A DNA stretch of 64,000 bases. Source: Lingula anatina. Taxonomy: Eukaryota > Animalia > Brachiopoda. The DNA lies in contig CM120640.1 of assembly GCA_051362555.1 (NCBI GenBank), positions 46,478,788-46,542,787 on the forward strand. The letters are read 5' to 3'. A program made the translations under genes and the position numbers. How positions within the stretch are numbered: the stretch's first letter is position 1; each line of letters opens with the position of its first letter. This document shows, piece after piece, positions 10,684 to 22,842 of this stretch. The notes under the pieces are model-generated. The model was not told the origin of the DNA. It was given only the letters and a program-made list of their open reading frames with translations, and did no database searches.

Positions 10684-13600
10684 TGCTTTAGTTGCTTCTA
10701 TTTGCGTCAAAGTTAGTTAAAGATATTTCACAATAAAAAATTAATTTCACGTTTTAAATTTTCCAATCTAACAGATAAACCTGTGAACATATCCATCGCA
10801 CTTTATATCAACACGATCAGTGACGTCAATGATGCAAATATGGTGGGTAAATTTCCGTCACTTAAAGGGACTCTCCATGAGATTTTCCCGCCAAAAAAGA
10901 ATTTTCCTGGGGAAAAATTTTCTCCTACTCACGAATTATTGCCTGACCCGACCTATTCACTTGGATTCGATTTTTTATTTAATTTTTAATTTAACACTTT
11001 AGTTTAAATTACTGGCCAGTCATAATACGACATCTGCCGTCACGCGCATTGCCTTGTCTTCACACGAGAAAATGGCAGGGTGATTTGTATCGCGGCCGTG
11101 TGCCATGTATAATACAGACGTTGCAAGCTGGCAATGGCTAGCCAAAGAGGCTGAGAAGATAATGACACAAGGTACAATGTGTCAAATAAACTTTTATCTA
11201 AACTTTTATTGTCTCTAGAGTCTGAATTGGAAAATATTAGAAGATTTTCAAGACACGCATATTACTGGATTTTCGAAGGCGTGGAGAGAATCTCTTGAAA
11301 TTAATTTTGGGGGAAATTCCCATGGGATGGCCCTTTAAATGAATATTTAAAGTTGCCAATATTAATACTATTACACAAGGTTTTTACATTATATAATTCT
11401 AAAATAAAAAATCAAAGAAATTAAGAATCACGTACGTAATGTTAACTTTCAAACAGTGACAATTTCCCCGAATCGAAATTAATTTGTTCATACATTATTC
11501 ACTTTTCAGGACTTCTCAGTGGACCTAGTTCTTCACCAAATGTGGCATGATCCTAGGCTGGCCTTTAATAGTTCCTCCTCCTACAATTCTGACACTATCA
11601 TTTTAGACGATGACAGTATGATCTGGCATTCTTTCCTCTACTTTCGTAATGAGAAGGAGGGAAAACAACAATCGATTACCAAACCGAACGTTGCTGTCAG
11701 GATTAGCTCGAGGGGAAACGTGCTTTACTCGCAAAGGTGATTTTTACAAATAAGGCGCACCCTCTGGCGGATGCATAGAGACAGAGAGAAAGATTAAACA
11801 ATTGGTTGTTCTGTGTGAAAAATCGATTTCTTATGTAACTACGCTTCTTTACATGTCGTCCTATGTTATTCGTTCTTCAAATCAATAGAACGAGAATGTA
11901 CATTGTAATTTGCAAATCTTTCACCAGTAATATTATCTAATATTATAATATTGTTATATTATCTAAAATGAGAAAAGCATCTTTATTGTTGTAATTGTCG
12001 ATATTGATTGTCTTTGCTTCCTTGCAGGCTTGCTCTGGTATTGGCATGTCACTATGATTTCTCTGTGTTTCCCATGGACAACCAAACATGTAAAATACAA
12101 ATGGAAAATTGTAAGTATACTATAGTGCAAAACATTCGGTGGCACCGGAAAACATTAAGCGATTATAGTTCACTCATCAAGCTAAGGAAAATCTTTATTT
12201 CACCATCTCCCGAAATTATGTCGATCGTTTCTTCTTTGGTTACCTTTTAAACGTTATCGTACTAGAAGGTACCCTTTACCAGGGATCTCGCTGTTACAGA
12301 ACTGGACGAAGGTCTTTCATCCAATTTTGTAACGGCCAGGGTATATTGAGAAAACCCCTAGTGGCGGGTGCCTGGAAGATGTCTTAGGAATCAAATATAG
12401 GGTGACAGGAATCTGAAATAGAGTCCCCTTCTGAATACTTCATTGGATTATTATATTTAAAGTAGATGCATATTGCTTGCTAACTTTCAGTGAGATCATA
12501 AACTGAAAGAAGTGCTGTATGTGAATATCTTTCTTTTGATATAATTATGGTTTACCATTCAAATTCTATCCAGGGGAGTATGTTTAGCAATATTTCAGCA
12601 TACCTTTCCTTGTTTGTCTTTAATACATTTGAGCACAATGTATGTCTTTTTTCTTCAAGTCGCCTATCCAGTTGATCACGTGATATTCACCTGGGCAAAC
12701 AATCCAATACTTGTCAGTACCCAAGATACATACCTACCGGAGTTTGAACTAACTGGGGTCAATGCAAAGGAATGCAAAGCTGTGTACCCAATAGGTACGT
12801 GCTTTCTCTCTCTCCAGTAAATGTTTTATATAGTTCTTGGGTCGAATGTGTTAATAACATACTCCTGTCGATTTAATCCGTTTTTATTCATCCTCGAATT
12901 TTAATTTTTTTTTTCTTTGGTTTTTGACTAAAAAAATGAAGATCTTAGAGTATGGGGCTTGACAACATTGCTTAAATATACACAATACCACTTTCAACTT
13001 TCTGCAAGAAATGCAAGTGTGTAAAAGGGTAACATTATAACTATATAGGCATGAGTTCGGAGGACCTAATTTGCCATGTTCTTTTTGTCTCTTAAGGTAC
13101 TTACGCCTGCCTGTATGCCACAGTGGAGATTCAGCGCGACATACGTTTTTTTCTTCTCAACATCTACGTTCCTAGCATTGTCGTCGTCATGTTGTCCTTC
13201 CTCAGCTTTTGGATCGACCCAAATTCCACCCCTGCCCGGGTAGCCATCTGCGTCATCACGGTTTTGACGATCGTCACCCAGATAGTGTCTCTGCAGTCTC
13301 GCTTGCCCAGAGTCTCGTACGTGAAAGCCATGGACACGTGGCTTTGTGCCTGCCTTTGTTTCTCAATGGGATCTATGTTGGAATATGCCCTCGTTAGCGT
13401 GCTTTTGCAGAAAAAGATCTTGCAACCACAAGAGCGGAAAAAAGAAAATTCATCTAAGGTAACCCATTCCACCGTATGCTTGACTTTTTATTTAATTTCT
13501 TTATATGTTGTTGCATGTCGATGTCGGTATATTTTTAAAATGTGCTTTTGTAACACAAATTTTCCAATTTGATAATTACTTCAAAATTTTCGTAATGTAT

Positions 13601-13905
13601 ATCTAAAAGAAGTAAGATGTTTTATTATTTTGTTTATTATTCTAATTATTGATTAAAGATATCATCCATTTCATTCTATTTAGCACAAAGAAACCCACGA
13701 AGTGAATTACGCACTGAACAGCATGTCTTCTTTGGACAAGCAAAAACAAACAGTTTGCTGTGCAGCAAAGAGGAAGCTGACGGCACAACACGTGGATAAA
13801 GTTTCTAAGGGTCTCTTCCCTATCTTGTTCCTAATCTTCAACTTGTTATACTGGGGTGCTTACATGGTGTTCAAAATACATCCTCCTCATGAAGACGAAA
13901 AATAA
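10059..13905 (+). CDS. Cys-loop ligand-gated chloride channel subunit (GlyR/GluCl-like, divergent), tandem copy 2, ~418 aa
   Basis: Exons 10059-10141, 10419-10495, 10775-10842, 11510-11736, 12028-12110, 12660-12794, 13097-13458, 13684-13905. Same motifs as copy 1; ORF intact. Confidence 0.93.
10866..11334. mobile_element. MITE with TTAA target duplication (Kolobok-like termini)
   Basis: ttaa|agggactctccatgagattttcccgccaaaa ... ttttgggggaaattcccatgggatggccct|ttaa; imperfect ~30-bp TIR; absent from copy-1 intron 3. Confidence 0.7.
12260..12363. repeat. Short imperfect fold-back (probable tiny MITE) in intron 5 of copy 2
   Basis: actaga...ctagt ends; central gttacagaactggacgaag / ctttcatccaattttgtaac can pair. 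Confidence 0.4.
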
Positions 13906-14582
13906 CCTATAAAACCTTTCGGCCCTGTCTTGCCAGCCATAGAGTGCAGGTCGCTTTTGCACGTGCACGTTTTTGAAGAACTGAATGGTAATTGTCATAC
14001 TATGATCTCTTACATAGTAACTGAAGCAAGTGTTTATAAAACATACGGTAAAGTTGACTGTAATAGGATGACTTTAAACTAAATGCAGTATACTTATATA
14101 TGTTTTATTTCATATTCGAGGGTCTTATCTCTGCCAATGTCTGTCATACGTAGTACGGATATTTCAGCGTTATATAAGGGATATAAGAAATCATTGTGTT
14201 ATAAATTACGTATTTTCTGTGTGTTATCAAAGCATATTTTAATTGTAGTCATAAAGACAATACAAATGAGATTTTTGCACTCAAATACATGTTACAATAA
14301 ATTAGATGGAGATGGTTCTCTGAAAAGTTCTACGAAAAGATTTTCGTGGACATTAAAGGCGGAGGTCACGTGGGCTGTTGTGCTTCCTGTATCCGCCATT
14401 GTATCAGTATAATGCATTGGGTCGGTTTCAAGTGTATATGTGTGTGGGTGTTTGCTGTGATACATTGGTGAATTTCTTTAGAGCAAAGACGCAAAGGTTC
14501 ATGGGTTTATCGTAATTATTTATCAATATTCCTGTTTCTTAGATTTTACAGTAAGTCAAACGATTGCTGGTGGAAGTTTTGC

Positions 14583-16011
14583 TCAACATTTTGCGGCACC
14601 AAGGGCTTTTGTTCCCTCGATCTCCACACCGTTGACTTTGTCCACGCAGTAGCATTCGTCTGAAACAAAACGGTAAAGGAATTTTAGACTTTGCCACATG
14701 TCTGACCGCTACACCTGTATTAACTTTAATTAGTATTACTATTTGAAAATATTTAGAAAACAATCTTATTTACTCTATGAAATTTTTATGAATATTGCGT
14801 AACATATACATGTATTTTGACACAGCTAATGGTGTGGTAAAATTATGGTTAATATGGGATCTGAACCTTTCTTTCTTATACCAAGTAAATGTACTTAGTA
14901 TAGAAATGTAAACTTACTGAGATTATTGCACTGCTCTGTCTCGTAAAGTCCGTCCTTGTCACATTTTGGAATTCTCATTCCTTGCCATATCACCATGGAT
15001 ATCTGACGAATTCTGTACTCTTGCTGGCATTTTGTCAGCTCTTTTGAAATTCGATAGAAAAAAGAGTAGTTACATCTTTAACCAACATTTATTTGGCATT
15101 TAATCCAAAGGTTAATGTTAAATATAATTTTGTCACGCAGTCTCATGTTCAAGTGAAAAATGATTTTGGAAATTTTGAATGTTTAAGTATTTTTAAAATG
15201 AAGAAAAGCAATTTGCTATACCATTTGCTCAAACTTATTTCGCACATACGAAATTTAGCAATAATGTACACAAACGACATCGGTACTTTCCCCACTTTAT
15301 TACATTTTTCATGTCTTAAAACAGTTTGCGTGGTTTCACCAGATAATGTGTTAAAATAAAAGCAAAATATAACAAGAATGTAAAACATATATTTTTCTTT
15401 ACCTCCCTCGCGCTTGCTCAAAAGTAACATGGTGCACTTTCCAACACCGCGCATGGCATTTGCCTGTTGAACGCACTCCAGTCCGTTGTCACAGCGGCCC
15501 AAGTTCATACTCAGACCAAGGAAACCGTTTGGCGCCTGACAAGTCTCACCTTCAACCTGACACAACAACGTACAACTCAAAATGTTTTGTGCGTGAATAA
15601 CAAATTTAACGTCCATGATTATTATGTCGATTTTGAAATGCAAATCCAAAGTTTTCATTGCTTGCTTTTTTTACCATCATAATTTATATTTATAAGTTTT
15701 AGGTAGTACATGTTTTTCGGGTAATATGTTTGTATTTAGCGGTTTTCTATCACAATATATGCCTGTTAGCTGGAGCACGGTTGATGAATACTCAACCAAC
15801 ATGGTGTGGACAAAGGGCGCTCACTGCTCGAAACACTTACCTTAGCACAGGCATCATTACAACCGCAGTAACCACCTCTTGTGATCACCCCACCCTTACA
15901 CTGTGTGGCATCCAGAGGTTCCACATTTTTGCACATCTCGGGCATACATACTATACCATAGGCAAGGTCCCCGAAGGCCAGAAGAAGAGGAACGACAACC
16001 AAAAACTTCAT
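14583..16011 (-). CDS. Secreted IGFBP-like Cys-rich domain + thyroglobulin type-1 domain protein, ~174 aa
   Basis: Exons 16011-15841, 15556-15403, 15040-14918, 14659-14583 (phases 0,1,1; GT-AG). Signal peptide MKFLVVVPLLLAFGDLAYG; IVC..C..C..GGYCGCNDACAKVEGETC..GRCDNGLEC..GKC; then TKCQQE..IPKCDKDGLYETEQC..ECYCVDKVNGVEIEGT..KC*, with CYCVD matching the Tg1 CWCVD signature. Confidence 0.88.
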
Positions 16012-16114
16012 GATGGACGATGGAATGACGAGCGCTATGGGACCTGCCCTGATATGCATTACACGGATTGAAGTCGTGTCACTTGAGATTAGGGCACCAA
16101 AGATTATATCTTGA

Positions 16115-16120
16115 TTTATA
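16115..16120 (-). promoter_or_regulatory. Candidate TATA box of the IGFBP/Tg1 gene
   Basis: TATAAA on the minus strand ~105 bp upstream of the ATG at 16011. Confidence 0.35.
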
Positions 16121-16771
16121 AGGTTTCTATCTCTCATTATAAACGTTTTTCCCCTTTTTTATACATAATTAACATACGATATAGCATTACACAAAAAACA
16201 CATAATTTTGACAATGTGTTATTGGGTATACTTTCAGGAATTACAAAAACCGGCTACAAAAGAGATCAGGCATAGTGAGAAACAAGACATCGCCCATTTA
16301 CAAGGAGTGACTGAGAAAATAACCAGATGCATATGGATACTTTATTATCAGTTATCACACGACCTAGGGTATACTCCAACACGACCAAGGAGTGTTCAAT
16401 CTAATAAGAGTATTAGTTATCCGGATCGGCGTATTTATAACCGATTTTATAAAAACATTTTTCTAAATCATGTTAATTACTGTCATGATTGCCAGCACTA
16501 TAAGTTATAAAACAGACAGCACACGAAAGTCATTGTAAAATGTCTGGAGTGGTAAATGTGATATTGGATGCATACACTACTCTACATCTATACTAAAGTA
16601 TATGTTGAATATTTTAAAAATATTATAAGATACCAGTATATGGCAAAACCCAAGCTACTAAGCCGCCATAAACTTTTGCTCTCTTGCAATTACACAAACA
16701 GTACCGAGTATTTTAACTTACAAATTTGTTTAATGTACTCATCATTCCCGACAAGTAGAAGAAAATAGGGT

Positions 16772-19700
16772 TCAGTAAAGCAAGTTAAACAACACGCTAT
16801 ATAAGACAAGGTTAAGAACCAACACCATTGGCGATTTCCTTGCTGAGGCACCAGTAAGGTAAAAGTCATTGTCTCTTTGATACCATCTCCCAAAGAGCGT
16901 TGCGGACAGAAGAGGTTTTACAGTAGTATTGTTGACTTTAATCATGCCATCATCATAAAGCCACTGTCCATTGGCAAGGTCATGACTTGTTCCATCTGTT
17001 GTCAAGAATTCCGGGAAAATATATTTTGTGTTGAAAATGCCACTTAGTGACAAATTCTTAAAACGTGATTTAGCAATGTTGGTAGGTTGGCCACAGGAAT
17101 CGGTGGAAGAATTAGCACAGGACAGCAGCGTACATATCTGTAGGTAATATTGTCCTTCGCGGGTGTGCAGGCCGTCAAAGGCGCCAAGAGCATACAGGCC
17201 GCCAGAGTGCGAATCTTCGAAAGTGTAATTCAAGTGGCAGCAGACGGCCTTCTGGCAAATGGTTAAACTGCCGCTTGGCTTTGGCAGGGTGACAAAATCA
17301 AATAAGTCCGAGAAGACCTCAGCTTGAAACTTGATTGCAGTTTGGGCCTCGTGATCAGTTGGCAGCGGCATGTTTTTATCTGGCTTGTATGTACTTTTTA
17401 TGGGCGTTCTTTTCAGTATTGGCACCTTGGCCACCAAAAGTCTTCCTTGTTCGGTGGTTGTATCATGTGTATAGACAACAGCTCCCTGCGGAGTGAATAT
17501 CCCACTCCCATGCATACGAAGACTGGCTCTGTGAGTGTTGGCTGAGAGAAAGTTCACTCCCATACCTATTGCCCATGCCTGGTGAAATTCAACAGAAGCA
17601 AATAATGGAAGAACGTCCATCCAAGCAGTAGGGAAAACCACATTATCCACGCCATAGTTCTCTACCAGGGAGATCGGCGGCTCGCGGAAGAGGACATCGA
17701 AGCAGGTGAAGGTACCGAATTTCCCGAAGGGCGTGGTAAACGTGGTGTACTCACATTGATGAGGCTGGTTATACTTTAGCTTTTCACCCATGAACAAGTT
17801 TTGCTTGTGATATCTTGCGACTAATCTGCCTTCTGGGTCGTAGACTACGTTGGTGTTGTATTGATAGCGCCCGTCAGCTGGGCACAATTTGTCCAACTTT
17901 ACGTTACAGTACTTCACGTCGCCGACATTGGCAACAAGGTATATACTATTTTTCAGTGCCATACAGCTGAGCCAGTATTGCACTGGGGTGTTTGTTGGAT
18001 CTCCGGGGTGCTGGTCTTTACAAGGGTTCCACCCTGGTTGGGTCTCAGGGTTGGGGATGTCCTCGGTGAAGTAATGGAATACTTCACGAGTGAATTCGAA
18101 GCCGTATAACCCATCCTCTGGGAACACTATGATTTCAGCACCCTGTTAGACAAAGGCATTGTTTTAGAATTAAATTAAACTATGATTTTAACACTTATAA
18201 TGAATAATCAGTATCAGCTTAATTATCCCGAAGTTGGTATTTAATGAAATTACTAATTGTTGATTTTACATAAATCAAACTATTTTTATAATTTATCAGT
18301 TTTCTGTTACTTGTATTTTGCATTGTAAAGGCGACTGAACATACGTCTACAGATGACAACAACAACAACAACAACAATAATAATAATAATAACGGGGGAC
18401 ATCTGTCCTTCGGAGAAATCGGATACTTTCTGTGCTACAAGGTAATGGGTGTCACCTTAAAGCTGCTCATATTTATTTATTTATTTATGGTTATTTATCT
18501 GTAACACCACGATAAAATTATAGCTACAAGGTTAGAGGTATACATTGACTCTTTCAACAAGAAAAAAAATAAGAAGAAAATAAAATAAATGAACATTTGA
18601 TAAAAAATATATAATAAAAAATAAGCACTATTCTTGTAACCATGCGCTTCAGTTAACTGTATAGTTTTTTTTTTTTTGGGGGGGGGGGGCAGGGGGGGGG
18701 GGCAACTGGGATAGCTGAAAGTTAAAACGTTCCCCTTCTGATATATTTGATTAGTCGGTGCTTTTATGTTCAATCAAGCCTCCATGATGCAATGGCAAAC
18801 TGACCTTTTATTCATTGTGTAGCGTACCACAAAATCCCTTGTTCCTATTCAAAACCATCCTTTCAAATAAACAGAATGCAAAATAGAAATAACCTACTCA
18901 GCATTATTGACAGCTGTATAGTGACAGAGTTACCCTCTGATTCAAGAAACGTACTAATCTTGGTTCTTGTGTACTAGGCGCAGTGCGACTCGGTAAACCT
19001 CGGCTGTTGCAGTAAATAAAATTAGGGTTCGACCGAGATTGGCCGAATGCGTGCACTCTTAGCGGTGCGCGCTATGTTTGTTGATAGAAATATCAAACAC
19101 TCCCAGCTTCATCTAACTCAGTGTTAATAAATGGGTCATTATGAATTGATAATCATAAGACATAATCGAATTAAATTCAGTATCTCGTGATAAAACTGGA
19201 AAGGCAACTGAATTTGAACTTCGATGATGAAAAATTTATTCAGCACAAATTCATTACAAAGGTAAATCATATGATTTCTTTGTTGACAAATCGTGAGCCG
19301 TCGATTTAATTGTTGCTGTAATATAAAGAAAGGAATGCAGAGAGTGTGAAAAAACAACAACATGCATTTCATGGACGTGATGAGGCAAACAAAAAAAAAA
19401 AAAAAAAGAAAAAAAAAAAAAAAAAAGAAAAGAAAAACTTCACCAAATACCATTACATGAATACTTCAGATAAACGAATAGATCTACATATTCTTGATGA
19501 CAATATTAACGTTATTCGTCTTGATAAAACTGAAAAAAAATTACCATCCGAGGGTTGAAGATGTAACCTTTTTTTAAATACCTGCTCTTAACGATTTTAT
19601 GAATCCTCTAGTCTTCAGCATGATTTAATCACAATATTCTATCATGAATTCGAACTTCATTAGGTCTGGTCAAAATGTACTCAAGGTGCTCGTTTGTTAC

Positions 19701-20029
19701 TTCAGTGACATATTTAAATCTAAACTTGATTCTTCGCGTTATTTTAATAAAATTGGCAGCGAACAGTTCTTTAAAAATCCTGAAACTTAACGTCCCTACC
19801 AACTACTTACCTTTTTCTTTGCCTCTGCCGTTGCTGTTTCATAAACTTGAAGATTCTGTTTCATAACGGAGAGAGCCACCGTCTTATTCTTGATCTCAGC
19901 GAGTGGTAGCGTGAATACTGCGTGCTCATACACAGCGGCAGTATACGATTTCCTCGCGTCGCACTTTACCTCTATTATCATATATAGCAAAACTACCAAA
20001 GACAAGGCACATTTGCACAAGCGAAACAT
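16772..20029 (-). CDS. VNN: Vanin/pantetheinase (biotinidase family, nitrilase fold), likely GPI-anchored, ~529 aa
   Basis: Exons 20029-19811 and 18142-16772. Signal peptide; YTAAVYEH; GAEIIVFPEDG (catalytic E); RYHKQNL (K); FTCFD (C); FPTAW; vanin C-domain (YALGAFDGLH, LFGRWY); hydrophobic C-terminal tail. Confidence 0.93.
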
Positions 20030-21305
20030 TTTGAAAATGATGACACATGAAATTTTGCCCCACCGAAAACCAAATTACATGAAGTGGTGATTAATCAAGG
20101 GTCAAAGTCCACAAATGAAAATTCCGCACTGTTGGAGTTCAGGGTGGATGGTGAGGGATGGGTGTGGGTTGAGAGAAGAGACATTACATTACTTTAATTA
20201 AGAAAGAAATTGTGATACTACGTACGTATTTGTGACAGATATTCTTTGTAGGGCTAAGGCATTTTTCTATATCAGTCAGGTCCAGTACACTTAACGAATA
20301 CAATAGCCAATTCCAAGATGTAAATATCCCTTCCTAGCATATGATATAAACCGTGTCTAATACAATTTATATTAGACAAAACATTTGCCTGGCATTGTAA
20401 CACCTTTACGCGTGAGCATGTGCAAGCTACTGTACTTAATGACTCTAGCGATGTCTGAGAACAAATATTTACATCACGTGTGGCAATCATTTACTTAAGA
20501 TAATAAAAGCTTCGACTAGTTCTCCACAATCATTTAAACGGTGTCATCTGTTATGTAACTGCAATGGATTGACGATGAAATCATATAGGGATATTCCTTG
20601 GAGTAGACCTTGGTTTGAAGGAAGACACACCTTGTTCCAGGGGACACTGAAAACTCACAGAAACTGTCTGCATGCTACTGCTGTTTCCAGTATCCGATAC
20701 ATTTGTATTGACACATTGTGGTAGAATGGGGCATCCATTAAACACAATGTGAACAAAATAAGACACAGATTAGTATGCCAGTGCTACATGCCTTGGCATG
20801 TATTTATTTAGATAATCAAAAGCACGCATATGTAGACTTGCTTCAGGTTTTCAGTCTCTGGAGTGTAAACCGACTAATAACCAGGTTAACATCATTACAA
20901 AGCTTGATAATGCAATTTTTAAAATAAACTTGATCATTGATAAATCCAATTTTATAAGAAAGGAAGAGATATGTTCTCATTTTTAACTTCAACAATAGGT
21001 CTATTTCTCACATAAAAAGAACCAAATTGAGAGAGCTTCTAGAGAAAATGCACTAAATTTCGATCGTGCCCATTTTAAACTTTTCGTGAAATATCTCAAA
21101 GAAAATCATATCAATGGCTTCGTCGAGCAATATGTCCTAAATACGTGGATACAGCACAACTCTTAGTTTATAACTAACTTTAATTTCATTTCAAAGTTAA
21201 AATTAAAATGTTTGAAAATACACCCTTTGTCCTTAGGTTCATTTTTTAACTATATATCCCTTCATTTTCTCCCTCAAATCATATCTTATCTTTTCTAGAC
21301 AAATT

Positions 21306-22807
21306 TTACGCTTTAAATTTAATCAGATACTCCGGGTAAGCCTGTGCGTCGTGGTATGTCACAAAAATGGTCGGAGTCTGCTCATTGTCCACAGAAGAGT
21401 TATAGGTCACGTGCTTTTTTCTAGGATCTATAGGGGGTGGTTTCTTCATGTCTTTGTGCCCTTTGATGAATCTCCCCACCAGTACCTTTGCAACGAACAT
21501 GAACTGCTCCCCTGCCGAATTTGGTCTGCAGTACTTGGGGTCAGCCGAATATGTGGCGTTCTTGGCGAAGTAAGCCCCCTTGCCGTAAATAGCACCTGGC
21601 AACGAAATAAACCCACCCGTTTGTTAGCTTGTAAGATAATGACTGACACTGACGGGCGCTGTGTCCACGCGATCTCGCAATGTGTTGGCGGGATAAAATG
21701 TATTAGTTATGTCCTTAAATAAAAATCTTTATATGCATCTACAATTCTCCAAATTAAGTATAATGATTGCTTTTTACCAACGTTATCTCCACTGAAGCTC
21801 CTGTTGAACCCGTCGTGGGAGATGGGCTCACACTTATCTTCTGACGTGCCATGGAATAGTGACATCTCATTATTGCTGCAGTAAAGAGTAATGAAAATAG
21901 TTACTAACGATTGAAAATGAAAAAAAGTACAAGCTGTGCAATTTTAATTTTGGTGCATGTCTTACAGAAAAAGTAAGGTGTTTGTATAGCTTCTTAACCT
22001 ATTTTGGCCCATTAAAACTAGTTTAGTCTTGTTGTTTTCAACCTACTGTGATTTCACTGAATAAATATTAAAATCAAAATCAAGGTGTACTCAGTAGAGG
22101 TTAACCTGTGTAGTATTGTCATTCATGTTTTACATAATTTTGGAACTTTTCAATTCCTTATTTAATTAAATCCAACATTCGAGACTTCTCGGTCACACTA
22201 ACGTTATGACACGGGGTATAGTGACAAGTCTAACGAGAACTGCTGTAACACTATAACCAAACTTTCACCACTGTATACTTTCAAAAGATTCATGTATAAA
22301 TGGAAAAGATTAAAATCATTAAACATGTACTTTTTCACTGCTGTGTATAAATACATACCCACATTTATTATCTTTAGCAAGTTTGGCGCTCTGCTCTTTG
22401 TACTGTCTGTACAGGCGAGGGTTCTGTATTCTCTGGATCTGAATTATTTGTTTCCTTGAAACCCCTTCCGTATCAAATGCAGCATTGAATTTGGCAGCGA
22501 CCTCATCAAACTCTGTCGTACCTTCTTTTACATCAACTTGATGTACATCAACAGGAACGTCGTTTTCGCGTGGTTGAGGTAACCAGTGGGATGGCAGGGA
22601 CGGGTCTGAAACAGTCAATATCTGTTGTAAACATTTTAAAAATATTATAAGTGTGACAATTCAAAAATATCATTTTCCGGGGTTTCGTTTGAAATAAAGT
22701 TACTTTAACCGTAAAAACATTCATCTTTAATGTGGACTTGAACATCTGATGTACAGATGAAATGTTTCATTTGGGATAACTGAAGCATATAAAAAAGAAT
22801 TGCAAAA

Positions 22808-22842
<35 letters not shown>

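Larger units (their letters stand above)
8885..14230 (+). repeat. Second unit of an ~8.8-kb tandem segmental duplication (paralogous to ~1-6875)
   Basis: Alignable upstream blocks (actatgagatcta..cccgataaaacaatct at ~634 and ~9468), identical exon structure, alignable intron flanks and 3' region. Confidence 0.85.

Noticed and set aside
19139-19558. Poly-F and poly-K ORFs (also 54733-55086)
   Set aside because: Artefacts of poly-A/T tracts.
20272-20766. Short ORFs between vanin and PARP
   Set aside because: No motifs or splice support; likely PARP 3' UTR or vanin promoter region.
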